64,000 nt of DNA from Polyangiaceae bacterium (GTDB lineage: Bacteria; Myxococcota_A; Polyangia; Polyangiales; Polyangiaceae), in the NCBI GenBank assembly GCA_044376115.1, contig JBILLK010000019.1, positions 64,001 to 128,000 of the forward strand, in the 5' to 3' direction. The position numbers were made by a program, and so were the translations under genes. Under the pieces are notes generated by a model. The model was not told the origin of the DNA. It worked only from the letters and a program-made list of their open reading frames with translations, and searched no databases. Position 1 is the stretch's first letter, and every line of letters begins with the position of its first letter. Shown one piece after another: positions 1 to 8,786 of the stretch.

Positions 1-5
1 CGGGT

Positions 6-884
6 GTGCCTCGAGCGATCGCGGAGCGCGACGTTGACCTCGTAGCCAACTCGGCGTTGGGGCCCGCGCTCATCCGCGCGCTGCGGCAGGTCGATCGGCA
101 GGCCGAACTGACCGAGCTGCTGAAGGCGCTCAGTCGCGGCGCGAAGCTGTTGGAGCTACCGCGACTCCCCGGCGCCGAGGAGTTCTTTGCTCACTACTGG
201 TCAACGAATACTCCCTTCGTCGTTCGAGGGTTCATCGACCAGTGGGAGCGACCCTTTCGGCCAACGTTCGCCGATCTGAGACGACGGTTCGGCGATACGG
301 TGGTGGAGATCGCCCAAGGCCGCGACGCCTACGCCGACCCCGGACTTCACTTCGAGAAGACGGTCACGTCGATCCCCCTGGCGGCCTTCCTCGACATCGT
401 GCTCGAGCAACCGGGGAACGACGCGTACATGGTTGCGCGGAACGCAACGCTTGGCATTGCGCTATCGAAGCTGCTCGACGAGATCCACCCACCGAGCGAG
501 CTGTTCGATGAAAAGCTCAAAGGCTCGGGCATCTCGCTTTGGCTGGGCCCGGCGAACACCCGAACGCTGCTGCATCACGACGGGACCAACAACCTGTTTT
601 GCCAAGTGCTCGGACGAAAGCGGGTTTGGCTGGTCCCTCCGTTTCTAACGCACATCGCCGAGTCTGCGGTTGGCCACTACGCCACCAAGCGGCCGAGCGA
701 TCCGGACGTGCTGCCGTACGCTCGAGAAGTCGTGCTCGAGCCTGGCGATGCCGTCTTCTTGCCGGTGGGCTGGTGGCACGAAGTCGAGAGCCTCAGCCCG
801 AGCCTCTCGCTGGCCTTGGTCGGCTTTAACCGGCCCAACAAATTCAGCTACCAACCCGGTCGCACCAAGCCAAAAGACGTTTAG
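6..884 (+). CDS. JmjC/cupin-8 family Fe(II)/2-oxoglutarate oxygenase (5' end may lie before the window)
   Basis: LWLGPANTRTLLHHDGTNNLFCQVLGRKR (HxD) and LEPGDAVFLPVGWWHEV (distal His) motifs. Confidence 0.85.
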   Translation: MPRAIAERDVDLVANSALGPALIRALRQVDRQAELTELLKALSRGAKLLELPRLPGAEEFFAHYWSTNTPFVVRGFIDQWERPFRPTFADLRRRFGDTVVEIAQGRDAYADPGLHFEKTVTSIPLAAFLDIVLEQPGNDAYMVARNATLGIALSKLLDEIHPPSELFDEKLKGSGISLWLGPANTRTLLHHDGTNNLFCQVLGRKRVWLVPPFLTHIAESAVGHYATKRPSDPDVLPYAREVVLEPGDAVFLPVGWWHEVESLSPSLSLALVGFNRPNKFSYQPGRTKPKDV

Positions 885-904
885 TCAGGCGCCAGACGAC
901 CCAC

Positions 905-940
905 AAAACGACGGAAGGCTCCCTGTGGAGCCTTCCGTCG
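905..940 (-). terminator. Rho-independent terminator between convergent genes
   Basis: Perfect 14-bp stem CGACGGAAGGCTCC (909-922) / GGAGCCTTCCGTCG (927-940), 4-nt loop; AAAA at 905-908 gives a U-tail on the - strand. Confidence 0.8.
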
Positions 941-978
941 CGCGTCTTGTGTTGGTCTGCGCTAATTCAGGTCTTGAT

Positions 979-2406
979 TCAGGTCTTCACGACGCCGGTG
1001 ATCTCCGGGCCTGCGTAGAAGTCCTTCACCACCGTCATGTTGCCCTTGGCGATGGCGTAGGCGACGGCAGCTCCTGCGGCGGTGGCCGTCTCCGCGGCGG
1101 GCTTACCGGGGACGTCTTGGCCAGTGGCGACGTCCCAACCGTGGGTCTCGTCGTTGGCCTTGATGTCGCCGAACCAACCGGTCTTTAGGTAGCCGTTGGA
1201 CATGCAGTAGACCCAGTTGGAGTTGCCAGGCGTCGAGTCGGGCCAGGCGCTGGCTTGGGTTGGCGTCTTGGGCGTGTCACCGTGGGCGGTGAGGATGACT
1301 GAGTCCGCCAGGGTGTTCTCCGAGCAGGAGGGGTCTTGAGAGCCCTCGAGGTCGTTGTAGAAGGCGTCTAGCATCGTGCCCAGGGCGGTGATCGTGGCGC
1401 GCAGAGCGTTCATGTTGTCGAAGGCTCCGTGCGGGTCGCTGAACGGTGAGTCGGTGGCGCCGGGGGCGAGCGCGATCTGCACGTTCATCGTGAGGTTGAG
1501 CTTGAAGGCCTTGGCGGTGGTGATGAGCGCACGCGCGAGGTTCTCGAGCTTGGTTTTGGCGGGGGCGCTAGCTTGAGAGGCCAGCAAGGTGGTGACCCCG
1601 TACGCGGTTAGATCCGCCGGGGTGGGCGTGAGCTGATTGCCGAGGTTGCGACCAACGACGTTGGCGGCGGTCTTGGTCACGTCCAAGTGGCGTTTCCAGG
1701 TGGGGAGCTTCGCGCCTTCTCGAAGACCGACCACGGCCTTGTAGTAGGTCTCGTAGAGTTCACGGTCTTCTTGTGAGGCGAGCACCAGCTGGCTTGCGGC
1801 GCTGTTGAACAGATCCACCATGCCGCCGGCGCTGGGGACGTTGGAAGCTGCGGGTGCACCCGGCGCTGCGCCAAGGTTGACCGGCCCCACGCCGATCACC
1901 GGCAGCAGCGTCGGTACTTGTCGCTGAATCGCAGCTGCGGTCGCCACCATGCTGGCGTTCGCTGCGACCACGGCGGAGGTAGCGGGCGTTTGCGTGTGCG
2001 TCTCGTTGGCGCCCGACATCATCGCCGTCACGGCGCGACGTGCGCGAGGCTGCCCAGCGTCAAGCCACGGTGCTTCGGGGCCGTAGTAGAACTGCTTGTC
2101 TCCACCGATGTGGAGCTGGCCTTCGCCCGGCGCGTGCCAAGCGAAGCTTGGGTTGTTCGCCTGCGCGATGTTGACGAACGGCCACAGCAATTGGAACCAG
2201 GCGAAGCTGCCGTTGCCTCCAACGATGTGCACCGAGCGATTGGTGCCGGCGCAAGCCATTCCGCCTGCCAACGCTTCTCCACCGACGTCGTCGGCGAAGT
2301 TCAGCAGACGGCTGCGATCCACGGCGAGCGCTGCACCGGCAGCACCGAGCCAGCGAATGAAGCGACGGCGGGAGGAACCACGAAGATCTTTGATTCGGTA
2401 GTCCAT
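979..2406 (-). CDS. Tat-exported DUF1501/DUF1552-like protein (alkaline-phosphatase-like fold inferred)
   Basis: SSRRRFIRW twin-Arg signal; ETH, DPHG and HGDTPKTP motifs resemble DUF1501-type metal-binding segments; ATG 2406 preceded by GAGG. Confidence 0.6.
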   Translation of the reverse strand: MDYRIKDLRGSSRRRFIRWLGAAGAALAVDRSRLLNFADDVGGEALAGGMACAGTNRSVHIVGGNGSFAWFQLLWPFVNIAQANNPSFAWHAPGEGQLHIGGDKQFYYGPEAPWLDAGQPRARRAVTAMMSGANETHTQTPATSAVVAANASMVATAAAIQRQVPTLLPVIGVGPVNLGAAPGAPAASNVPSAGGMVDLFNSAASQLVLASQEDRELYETYYKAVVGLREGAKLPTWKRHLDVTKTAANVVGRNLGNQLTPTPADLTAYGVTTLLASQASAPAKTKLENLARALITTAKAFKLNLTMNVQIALAPGATDSPFSDPHGAFDNMNALRATITALGTMLDAFYNDLEGSQDPSCSENTLADSVILTAHGDTPKTPTQASAWPDSTPGNSNWVYCMSNGYLKTGWFGDIKANDETHGWDVATGQDVPGKPAAETATAAGAAVAYAIAKGNMTVVKDFYAGPEITGVVKT

Positions 2407-2413
2407 GGTTGCC

Positions 2414-3262
2414 TCACTCACACGTGTGTGCGGCGCTCAAGAAGGCGGCCACAGCAAGTTGTTGTTTTCGGCTGATGTCGGCGGGGGTGCCGTCGTGATC
2501 CTGTGCCAGTTGAGTGCACAAGATCATGTCTTCATCTTTGGCGGGACGGCCCATCACGCAGGAGAGCGATTGCACCACGCAGGCGCCTTCTGCATCGAAC
2601 ATGGGGAAGCCAACGCCTTCGATCTTGCAGGCGTCAACGTTCTCGATGTTGGCGATCACCTCGGCGGAGGCCTGGATGAAGATGTCGAACAGCTTGGTCG
2701 CGCCGCTGGTGGTGTGGAAGTACGCCTCGGCCTCACGCGCCTCGAACTTCGCCACGCCGAGAGCGTCGCGCCCTTCATTGTAGAGCTGGCCGGCCGTCTT
2801 CGGGGTTCCGGTGGCTGCGAGATTCACGCCGCGTGACGTGAGGAACGTACCAAGCGCTTCGTATCGAATCTTGGTGCAGCCATGAAGCCGCGAGCGAACC
2901 TCTGGCGGGCCTTCTTCAGCGCGCTCTTTGAGCAGCTCGAACGGGTCTTTCTTCCCGCTGCTGCCCGGATCATTCATGTGATCGAAGGTGTTGTCGTCGT
3001 TGCCGGTGTTCTGATCTTCGGGACCCGGCTCGGTTCCAGCGCTGGTGCTGCCGCCGGCGCCGGTGCCTTGTGTCCCAGCGCCTGCTGCGCCGGTGCCCTG
3101 TGCGCCGGTGCCCTGTGCGCCGCCGCCGCCTTGCGCCGTGGTGGTCGAGCCGCCTTTGCCGCCGTTGCAGTCGGGGCCGTCACTGGTGGAAGCGGATTCA
3201 TCGCAGGCTACCGCGAGCAGCAGGGCCGCAAAAACGCTGGTGTTTCGTAGGATGGTTGCCAT
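2414..3262 (-). CDS. Lipoprotein, unknown function (Gly/Thr linker, Cys-containing C-terminal domain)
   Basis: Lipobox LAVAC; GAQGT repeats; tightly packed in operon. Confidence 0.75.
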   Translation of the reverse strand: MATILRNTSVFAALLLAVACDESASTSDGPDCNGGKGGSTTTAQGGGGAQGTGAQGTGAAGAGTQGTGAGGSTSAGTEPGPEDQNTGNDDNTFDHMNDPGSSGKKDPFELLKERAEEGPPEVRSRLHGCTKIRYEALGTFLTSRGVNLAATGTPKTAGQLYNEGRDALGVAKFEAREAEAYFHTTSGATKLFDIFIQASAEVIANIENVDACKIEGVGFPMFDAEGACVVQSLSCVMGRPAKDEDMILCTQLAQDHDGTPADISRKQQLAVAAFLSAAHTCE

Positions 3263-3265
3263 GGC

Positions 3266-4474
3266 CTAGAACCTCACGAAATCGGGGTGAAGGAAGATCT
3301 GACGCATGGTCGCGCGCAGGTTCCCGTTGGAGGTTTTGAAGTCGGCTACCAAAGGCGCGATCACCTCGGTCGGAACGTTCGCCGCGTCGTTCACGATGTC
3401 GCCGCGCGACATCGCAAAGTTCCAAACGCGCGCTACCGCGCAGGACTGAACCTCCTCATCGAGCGCCATGCGTTGGCCGTATTCGAGCAAGTTCGCCGCG
3501 GGCTGCTCGAACTTGTAGGCGGTGGTTCCGCCCGGCGGGAGCCAGTCGCCGAACTCGGAGGTCGGGTTGCCGATGACCGGCGTGTTGACCTGAATCGAAG
3601 GCTGTTGTTGGCCAGCCGCGTCGAAGTAGCCGAACAGCGGCCCGCGGTGATTCGCCGTAGCGTGGCAGTTGGCGCAGATCGCGCTCGAGGTATCGAGGAA
3701 GTCGATGCGCCCGCCGTTGGCTGCGCCTGCGATCGACTCGAAGGGCCAGGGCGCCGTGTAGTCGCCAGCGCCCATCGGGATCGGCGTGTCGCTGAACTCG
3801 GCCGGTTGCTTCCGACAGGCGAACACCTCTTGGTAGAAGCGAACGCGGCGGAAGCCGAGGGCGCCGAAGTATTGCGCCTGCAGGCCCGGGTTCGTCAGCA
3901 GGCCGGCCGTCGGGTCGGCGTTGGTGCAGGAGCCATCGACGAAGTCGGTCCCGTTGAAGGTGGGGCAGGTGTTGGTGGTGCCGACGAACAGGTCTGAATA
4001 CGGCCGGCCCTCGAAGGTGACCTTGGCCGCGTAATTGGCCGCTGTATCGAAGAAGGCGGTGCCGCCAGTGCGGAACTCGTTGCGCCAGAAGTCGATCAGC
4101 CGCCTCTTGAAGCGCACGTCGTTCATCATCGCGTCGATCAGCTCAGCGTACTTCGCCTCTTGGTCGACAGCGGTGCGCAGGCTCTCCATCTCCGCGAGGG
4201 TCGGCACGTTACCGACCAGCTTGAGGCTCGCCGTGCGCAAGGCCTCGCCATAGCTGAGCTCACGCTGATCCAAGATCGTCGGCTGCGGGTCACCGCCGCT
4301 GCCGCCGTCACCGCCGGTGCCGTTGTTCGCGCCCGTGCCTGTGGTTGACGGCGAGCCACCTTGCGATGAGCCGGCCTCATTGCACTGGTTCGACGACGTC
4401 CCGATCTTGGTCGGGTCGTCGGGGTTGCAACCTGCGATGGCGAGGGCGGTCAACGTGACCGCCGAGTAGGTCAT
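3266..4474 (-). CDS. Monoheme c-type cytochrome lipoprotein, DUF1549/DUF1588/DUF1585-like
   Basis: Lipobox IAGC; CANCH; C-terminal CAVARVWNFAMSR...LRATMRQIFLHPDF resembles DUF1585; ATGA overlap with upstream stop at 4471-4474. Confidence 0.65.
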   Translation of the reverse strand: MTYSAVTLTALAIAGCNPDDPTKIGTSSNQCNEAGSSQGGSPSTTGTGANNGTGGDGGSGGDPQPTILDQRELSYGEALRTASLKLVGNVPTLAEMESLRTAVDQEAKYAELIDAMMNDVRFKRRLIDFWRNEFRTGGTAFFDTAANYAAKVTFEGRPYSDLFVGTTNTCPTFNGTDFVDGSCTNADPTAGLLTNPGLQAQYFGALGFRRVRFYQEVFACRKQPAEFSDTPIPMGAGDYTAPWPFESIAGAANGGRIDFLDTSSAICANCHATANHRGPLFGYFDAAGQQQPSIQVNTPVIGNPTSEFGDWLPPGGTTAYKFEQPAANLLEYGQRMALDEEVQSCAVARVWNFAMSRGDIVNDAANVPTEVIAPLVADFKTSNGNLRATMRQIFLHPDFVRF

Positions 4475-5721
4475 TGGCCTTCTGCGTTTACCCACGGGGA
4501 CACCGTTTCCTTGAACGTGTTGTAGTTGCCGATACTGCCGCCGAACTTGAACAAGTGCGCGGAAGGATCGAGCGGATTGGTGACGACGAAAATTTGAGAG
4601 GTCTCGGCGGAGCCGGGTTTGATACGTGCGCGCACCTGACGACAGGCGAGCTCGTCATCGGTGCCGAGCTTGGAAAGATCCATGGCGCCTTGCGCTTGCG
4701 GGTTCTCTCCACCGTGACAGTTGGTTGCGCATACTTCGAGCGCCGGCGCTACGTCCTGGCTGAAGTCCGAGAGCGCAACGCAGTCGGTCGGGGGGAAGTA
4801 GTCGCCAACCAGGAACATGTCCTCGAAGGCGATCGAGAGGTAGCTGTCCTTCGCCCACGCTGTGTGAATGACCGTGCCCGTGCCGAGCTGAATTTTGCCG
4901 TCCAGCGCAAACACCTCATCGATCAAGGACAGGCTGTCGGACGGATCCGGGTTGGCCACGGTATCGGAGGGGTAGGCGGTGAAGAGCGGATGCACGAGGT
5001 GAAGTTGCATCTCGGCGACCGGATGAACCTCGATGTTCTCGAGCAACAACATCGACGGCGGAGCTCCGAGCTCGGTTGCGTTGAAGGTGATCGAGACGTT
5101 CTCGAACTCTTGCCCGAGCTCGTCCAAGTAGATGGTGTTGAAGGCGCCGTTCAGCTTCGGCTTGAAGGGCGTGACCACGAAGCCAATGTCCTCCGGCTTG
5201 GGGATGCGCGAGGCCTCCAGCTCCAACCAGGACTTCAGTTTGGCCCGCAGCCCTTCCGAAAGATCCGGCGCTTGGCCGCTGCCGTGCCCGGGATCTGCAG
5301 GCCGCGTGAGAACGATGCTATCCGGCACATTGGCGACGACGATGCCGGGGTAGCTGGTCATCGAGATGTACAGATCCGGCGCCGCGAGGAAGTACGACTC
5401 CGACGAGCCTTGGAGCTGATGACAGGCTCCGCACTCGCTTAGCAGGCCCGGCTCGACTGTCTCCTCGAAGACGGCTCGCGGGTCTCCGCCCAACGGCTCA
5501 CCACCGCCGTCTCCGCCCCCGCCCCCGCCTCCCCCCGTCGACGACGTGGAGGTTGGCCCGACAGGGCCGGTGGGCGAGCCGGTGGAACTCGAGGCGTCCC
5601 CACACGAGGCTGTTCCGGAGGCCACCGCAACACCGACCGTGAGCGCGAGCAGGGCGATCGGCAAGGCTTGGGAAGTTGGTTTAACTGCGGCTCGTAACAC
5701 TGGGCATTGCCTCGTAAGCAA
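4471..5721 (-). CDS. Putative di-heme c-type cytochrome lipoprotein (start uncertain)
   Basis: Hydrophobic leader ending TASC; CGACH and CATNCH in two similar F-x-x-x-V-x-P-x-L domains. Confidence 0.65.
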   Translation of the reverse strand: MLTRQCPVLRAAVKPTSQALPIALLALTVGVAVASGTASCGDASSSTGSPTGPVGPTSTSSTGGGGGGGGDGGGEPLGGDPRAVFEETVEPGLLSECGACHQLQGSSESYFLAAPDLYISMTSYPGIVVANVPDSIVLTRPADPGHGSGQAPDLSEGLRAKLKSWLELEASRIPKPEDIGFVVTPFKPKLNGAFNTIYLDELGQEFENVSITFNATELGAPPSMLLLENIEVHPVAEMQLHLVHPLFTAYPSDTVANPDPSDSLSLIDEVFALDGKIQLGTGTVIHTAWAKDSYLSIAFEDMFLVGDYFPPTDCVALSDFSQDVAPALEVCATNCHGGENPQAQGAMDLSKLGTDDELACRQVRARIKPGSAETSQIFVVTNPLDPSAHLFKFGGSIGNYNTFKETVSPWVNAEGQ

Positions 5722-5943
5722 GTGGTGGGCCTGAAGTTGTTTCCACTATTGACGCAGAATTGCAGGCTCGGTGTGGATCATCCATTCGTCACTGAGCCGG
5801 TGTGGATCCACGGCACGGTTGGGTCCAGCGCTCCGCCTGGATCCGGAAACTCAAACGTAAGCTCGATCATTATCGGTGGGTCAGCAGCATCCGCCAAGCC
5901 GAAAGACTCGTGCGTCCGCAAAGTGCCAAGGTAGCCTGTCGCG

Positions 5944-7338
5944 ATGAGTTCTCGCTTTGGCGTCGTGTGCGCGATGCCCCTCGTGCTTCTTGCGCTGGCA
6001 GCTTGCGGTGATGACACCGAGACCGTTGAAAAGGAGTGTCCGGAGTCGTGCACCGACGGCAACGTTTGCACCATCGATCGTTGCGTCGACGGCGAGTGCG
6101 TAACGGAACCTGTGGCGGCTGGCGCTCCCTGCGGGGACACCAACGTCTGCAACGGCGTCGAGTCCTGCAGCGTGGACGGTGAGTGCGTAAGCACAGCGCC
6201 GATCTCGGTGGACGACAACGACCCGTGCACGAGCGACTTCTGCGATCCGGGCAGCGGCGAGGTCTCGCACGCGTTCGAAGCCACCTGCGTCCTGTGGGAG
6301 CCGATGAGCGAAGTCGGTGCGCCGATCGCACGCACGCGCCACACCGGAATTTGGGCGGGCGATCGCTTCATCGTGTGGGGCGGCTCGGTGGTGGGCGATC
6401 CCAACGTGGCAGGGGACGGCGCTGCCTACGATCCGGTCGCTGATACCTGGACGCCGATCTCCTCGGTCAACGCACCGAGCGCGCGCCACTCGCATATCGC
6501 GGTGTGGACGGGCAGCAAGATGATCGTTTGGGGCGGCTACTCAAACCAATTCGAGAACAGCGGTGCGCTCTACGATCCCGCCACGGATAGCTGGGCGCCG
6601 ATGAGCCTCAGCGGCGCGCCGGCCGGTCGCGTGCAGCCATCCTTCGTGTGGACCGGCGACCGACTCGTGATCCACGGCGGCTTGCAGAACATGAGCCCAT
6701 TCGGCGACGGCGCTGCTTACGATCCGACGACCGACAGCTGGACCGCGCTACCGGCGGGCGGCCCTTCGGCGCGACTCGCGCACTCTGTGGTGGAGGCCAG
6801 CGATGGCTCGCTGCTCTACTTCGGTGGGACCAACTTGTTCGACTGGTTGGGCGACGGCAGCATCCTCTCGCCGGGCGGAGCTTGGTCGGCGATGCCGAGC
6901 GCCGGCGCGCCCACGCTGCGTGAGAGCCATACAGCGCTTTGGACCGGCGACTTGATGATCGTCTGGGGCGGCTGGAACGGGGCTGACTTCAAAAACGACG
7001 GAGCCCTTTTCGATCCGGCGCGAGGCTGGATCACGCCCACGGCCTTGGTGGATGCGCCTGAGCCTCGCTCCGAAGGCGCAGCCTTGTGGACGGGCGTTTC
7101 GATGTTCGTGTGGGGCGGCTGTGGTGGCGACGCCTGCGTGAAGTATTTCAACGATGGCGCGCTCTACATCCCCGGCGAAGACGGCGGCAGTTGGGGCACG
7201 CTGCCCACGGCTGGAGCACCCAGCAAGCGACGTGAAGTCGCAGCCGCCCTGGCCGACAAGCGCGCCGTCCTCTGGGGTGGACGCGCTCCGAATGGCACCT
7301 TCCTCGGCAACGGCGCCAAAGCTCGCTTGTTCCCCTAA
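5944..7338 (+). CDS. Kelch-repeat beta-propeller lipoprotein with N-terminal Cys-rich repeats
   Basis: Lipobox LAAC; DGNVCTIDRC and DDNDPCTSDFC repeats; about six repeats of R-x-x-H...W-T-G...WGG...G-A-x-YDP-x-x-D-x-W. Confidence 0.85.
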   Translation: MSSRFGVVCAMPLVLLALAACGDDTETVEKECPESCTDGNVCTIDRCVDGECVTEPVAAGAPCGDTNVCNGVESCSVDGECVSTAPISVDDNDPCTSDFCDPGSGEVSHAFEATCVLWEPMSEVGAPIARTRHTGIWAGDRFIVWGGSVVGDPNVAGDGAAYDPVADTWTPISSVNAPSARHSHIAVWTGSKMIVWGGYSNQFENSGALYDPATDSWAPMSLSGAPAGRVQPSFVWTGDRLVIHGGLQNMSPFGDGAAYDPTTDSWTALPAGGPSARLAHSVVEASDGSLLYFGGTNLFDWLGDGSILSPGGAWSAMPSAGAPTLRESHTALWTGDLMIVWGGWNGADFKNDGALFDPARGWITPTALVDAPEPRSEGAALWTGVSMFVWGGCGGDACVKYFNDGALYIPGEDGGSWGTLPTAGAPSKRREVAAALADKRAVLWGGRAPNGTFLGNGAKARLFP

Positions 7339-8786
7339 CGGGTCAATCGCACGTAGCGGATGGTCCCGCCGCTACCGTCGTTACCACCCTCACGCCACAC
7401 CACTGCCGCCTCATCATTGCTGCCGCCCAAGGCTGCGCGCGGCTCGTTTACGTCCTCGCTCGCGCTCGAAAGCACCTGCGCCGGACCCACTTCGCTGCCG
7501 ACGATGCGATGGGCAACGGCTTGAAAGACACCATCGATTTGCTCGCGATAGGTGATCAGGCCTGCACCCGAAGGGCCGTACACAACGAAGGTATCGAGTG
7601 CGAGGGCGCCGGGTGACGAGATCACCTCGCCTTCGCCGGGCGTGGTCACGAAGCTGCCATCGGCGTTCTCGAGCGAAAGCCGAATCTCACCGTCTTGCTC
7701 CCAGACCGCGGCCAGCGGCCCATCGGGGCTGATCGCTACCTGGCCGCAACACGCGGTGCCGGTGCGCGGCCCGAGCGAGTCTTGCAACGAGGCGGGCTTC
7801 GCCCAAACGCCGTCCGCGCTTCGGCGCGCGAGGTACACAGCGATGTGACCTTCGTTGTCTTCTTGCGTCCAAAACACAGCCGCGCGCCCGTCATCGTGAA
7901 TGGCGGCGGTGGGATTGAAGGTCGGCTGAATCGCCGATAGTGGAGCCTCATCGCTCGATAGGTGCTGCTCCGGCTGCGGCCTGGAGAGCGCGCCGTTGGC
8001 GCCGCTGCGCTCACTCACGAAAGCGAGCAGCGGCCCGGCCACCGACTGATACCAGGTCACCACCAGGCTGCCGTCCGAGGCCATCGCTGGGCGCGGTGCG
8101 TTGGAGAAGAAGATCGGCGGCGACAGCACGTCATCGACGCTGGTGAAGGCTTGGATCTTTGAGTCGACCTTGGCGAGGCTTGCGTGCGCCACGCCGTAGT
8201 TTGCGCCGGTCCATTGGTTCCAAGTGATGAAGGTCGTGCCCTTAGCTCCGATCACCACCCGCGGCTGGTAGGCGTCGATGCCTGGGCTCAGCGGCTCCGC
8301 AGCGTCGAGCAACGTCCCCGCTGCGGTTTGACGCATTGCAAAGATGGCACCGTCGGTGTCGGCCGCACCGAGAAAGCCGCCTTGGCGAAAGACCACCACC
8401 GACTCCCCCTCGGGGCCTGCCGCCAGATCCAACTCGCGCGCTTGCCCGAGCAACGCCGGCCCTTTGAACAACTCGAGCTGGCCGTCTCGATCGATCGCAT
8501 GGAGCACCTCCGCTTGATGCGCCCAGGCGAGGTGCACACGCCCAAGCCCGTCGACGGCGACCACGCCGCCATATGCCTTCTCGCTATCGGCGCCCAACGC
8601 AAGCGGCGCCGACCAAGCCCGCGCCACACATTCGCTGTCCTGCGCCTGCGACCACGCCGGACAACAAGAGCCGTCCGCGGTCAATCGCAGCGAAGGACAT
8701 TCCTCGCGCACCACCAGCGGTTCGAGGATGCAGCTCGATGACAGGCATGATCCGAGCAGCGCGAACGCGAGGCTACGGAACCGCAT
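7335..8786 (-). CDS. Exported/lipoprotein beta-propeller-like protein
   Basis: Leader ending LSSSC; repeated P-x-V/A-A...G...V-x-W-x-Q blades. Confidence 0.65.
   Translation of the reverse strand: MRFRSLAFALLGSCLSSSCILEPLVVREECPSLRLTADGSCCPAWSQAQDSECVARAWSAPLALGADSEKAYGGVVAVDGLGRVHLAWAHQAEVLHAIDRDGQLELFKGPALLGQARELDLAAGPEGESVVVFRQGGFLGAADTDGAIFAMRQTAAGTLLDAAEPLSPGIDAYQPRVVIGAKGTTFITWNQWTGANYGVAHASLAKVDSKIQAFTSVDDVLSPPIFFSNAPRPAMASDGSLVVTWYQSVAGPLLAFVSERSGANGALSRPQPEQHLSSDEAPLSAIQPTFNPTAAIHDDGRAAVFWTQEDNEGHIAVYLARRSADGVWAKPASLQDSLGPRTGTACCGQVAISPDGPLAAVWEQDGEIRLSLENADGSFVTTPGEGEVISSPGALALDTFVVYGPSGAGLITYREQIDGVFQAVAHRIVGSEVGPAQVLSSASEDVNEPRAALGGSNDEAAVVWREGGNDGSGGTIRYVRLTR

Noticed and set aside
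965..988. 12-bp tandem near-duplication ATTCAGGTCTTG/ATTCAGGTCTTC over a stop codon
   Set aside because: Two copies only; looks like a slippage scar with no associated element
5772..5809. DnaA-box-like TGTGGATCA/TGTGGATCC
   Set aside because: Only two imperfect boxes, no AT-rich unwinding element and no dnaA/dnaN context
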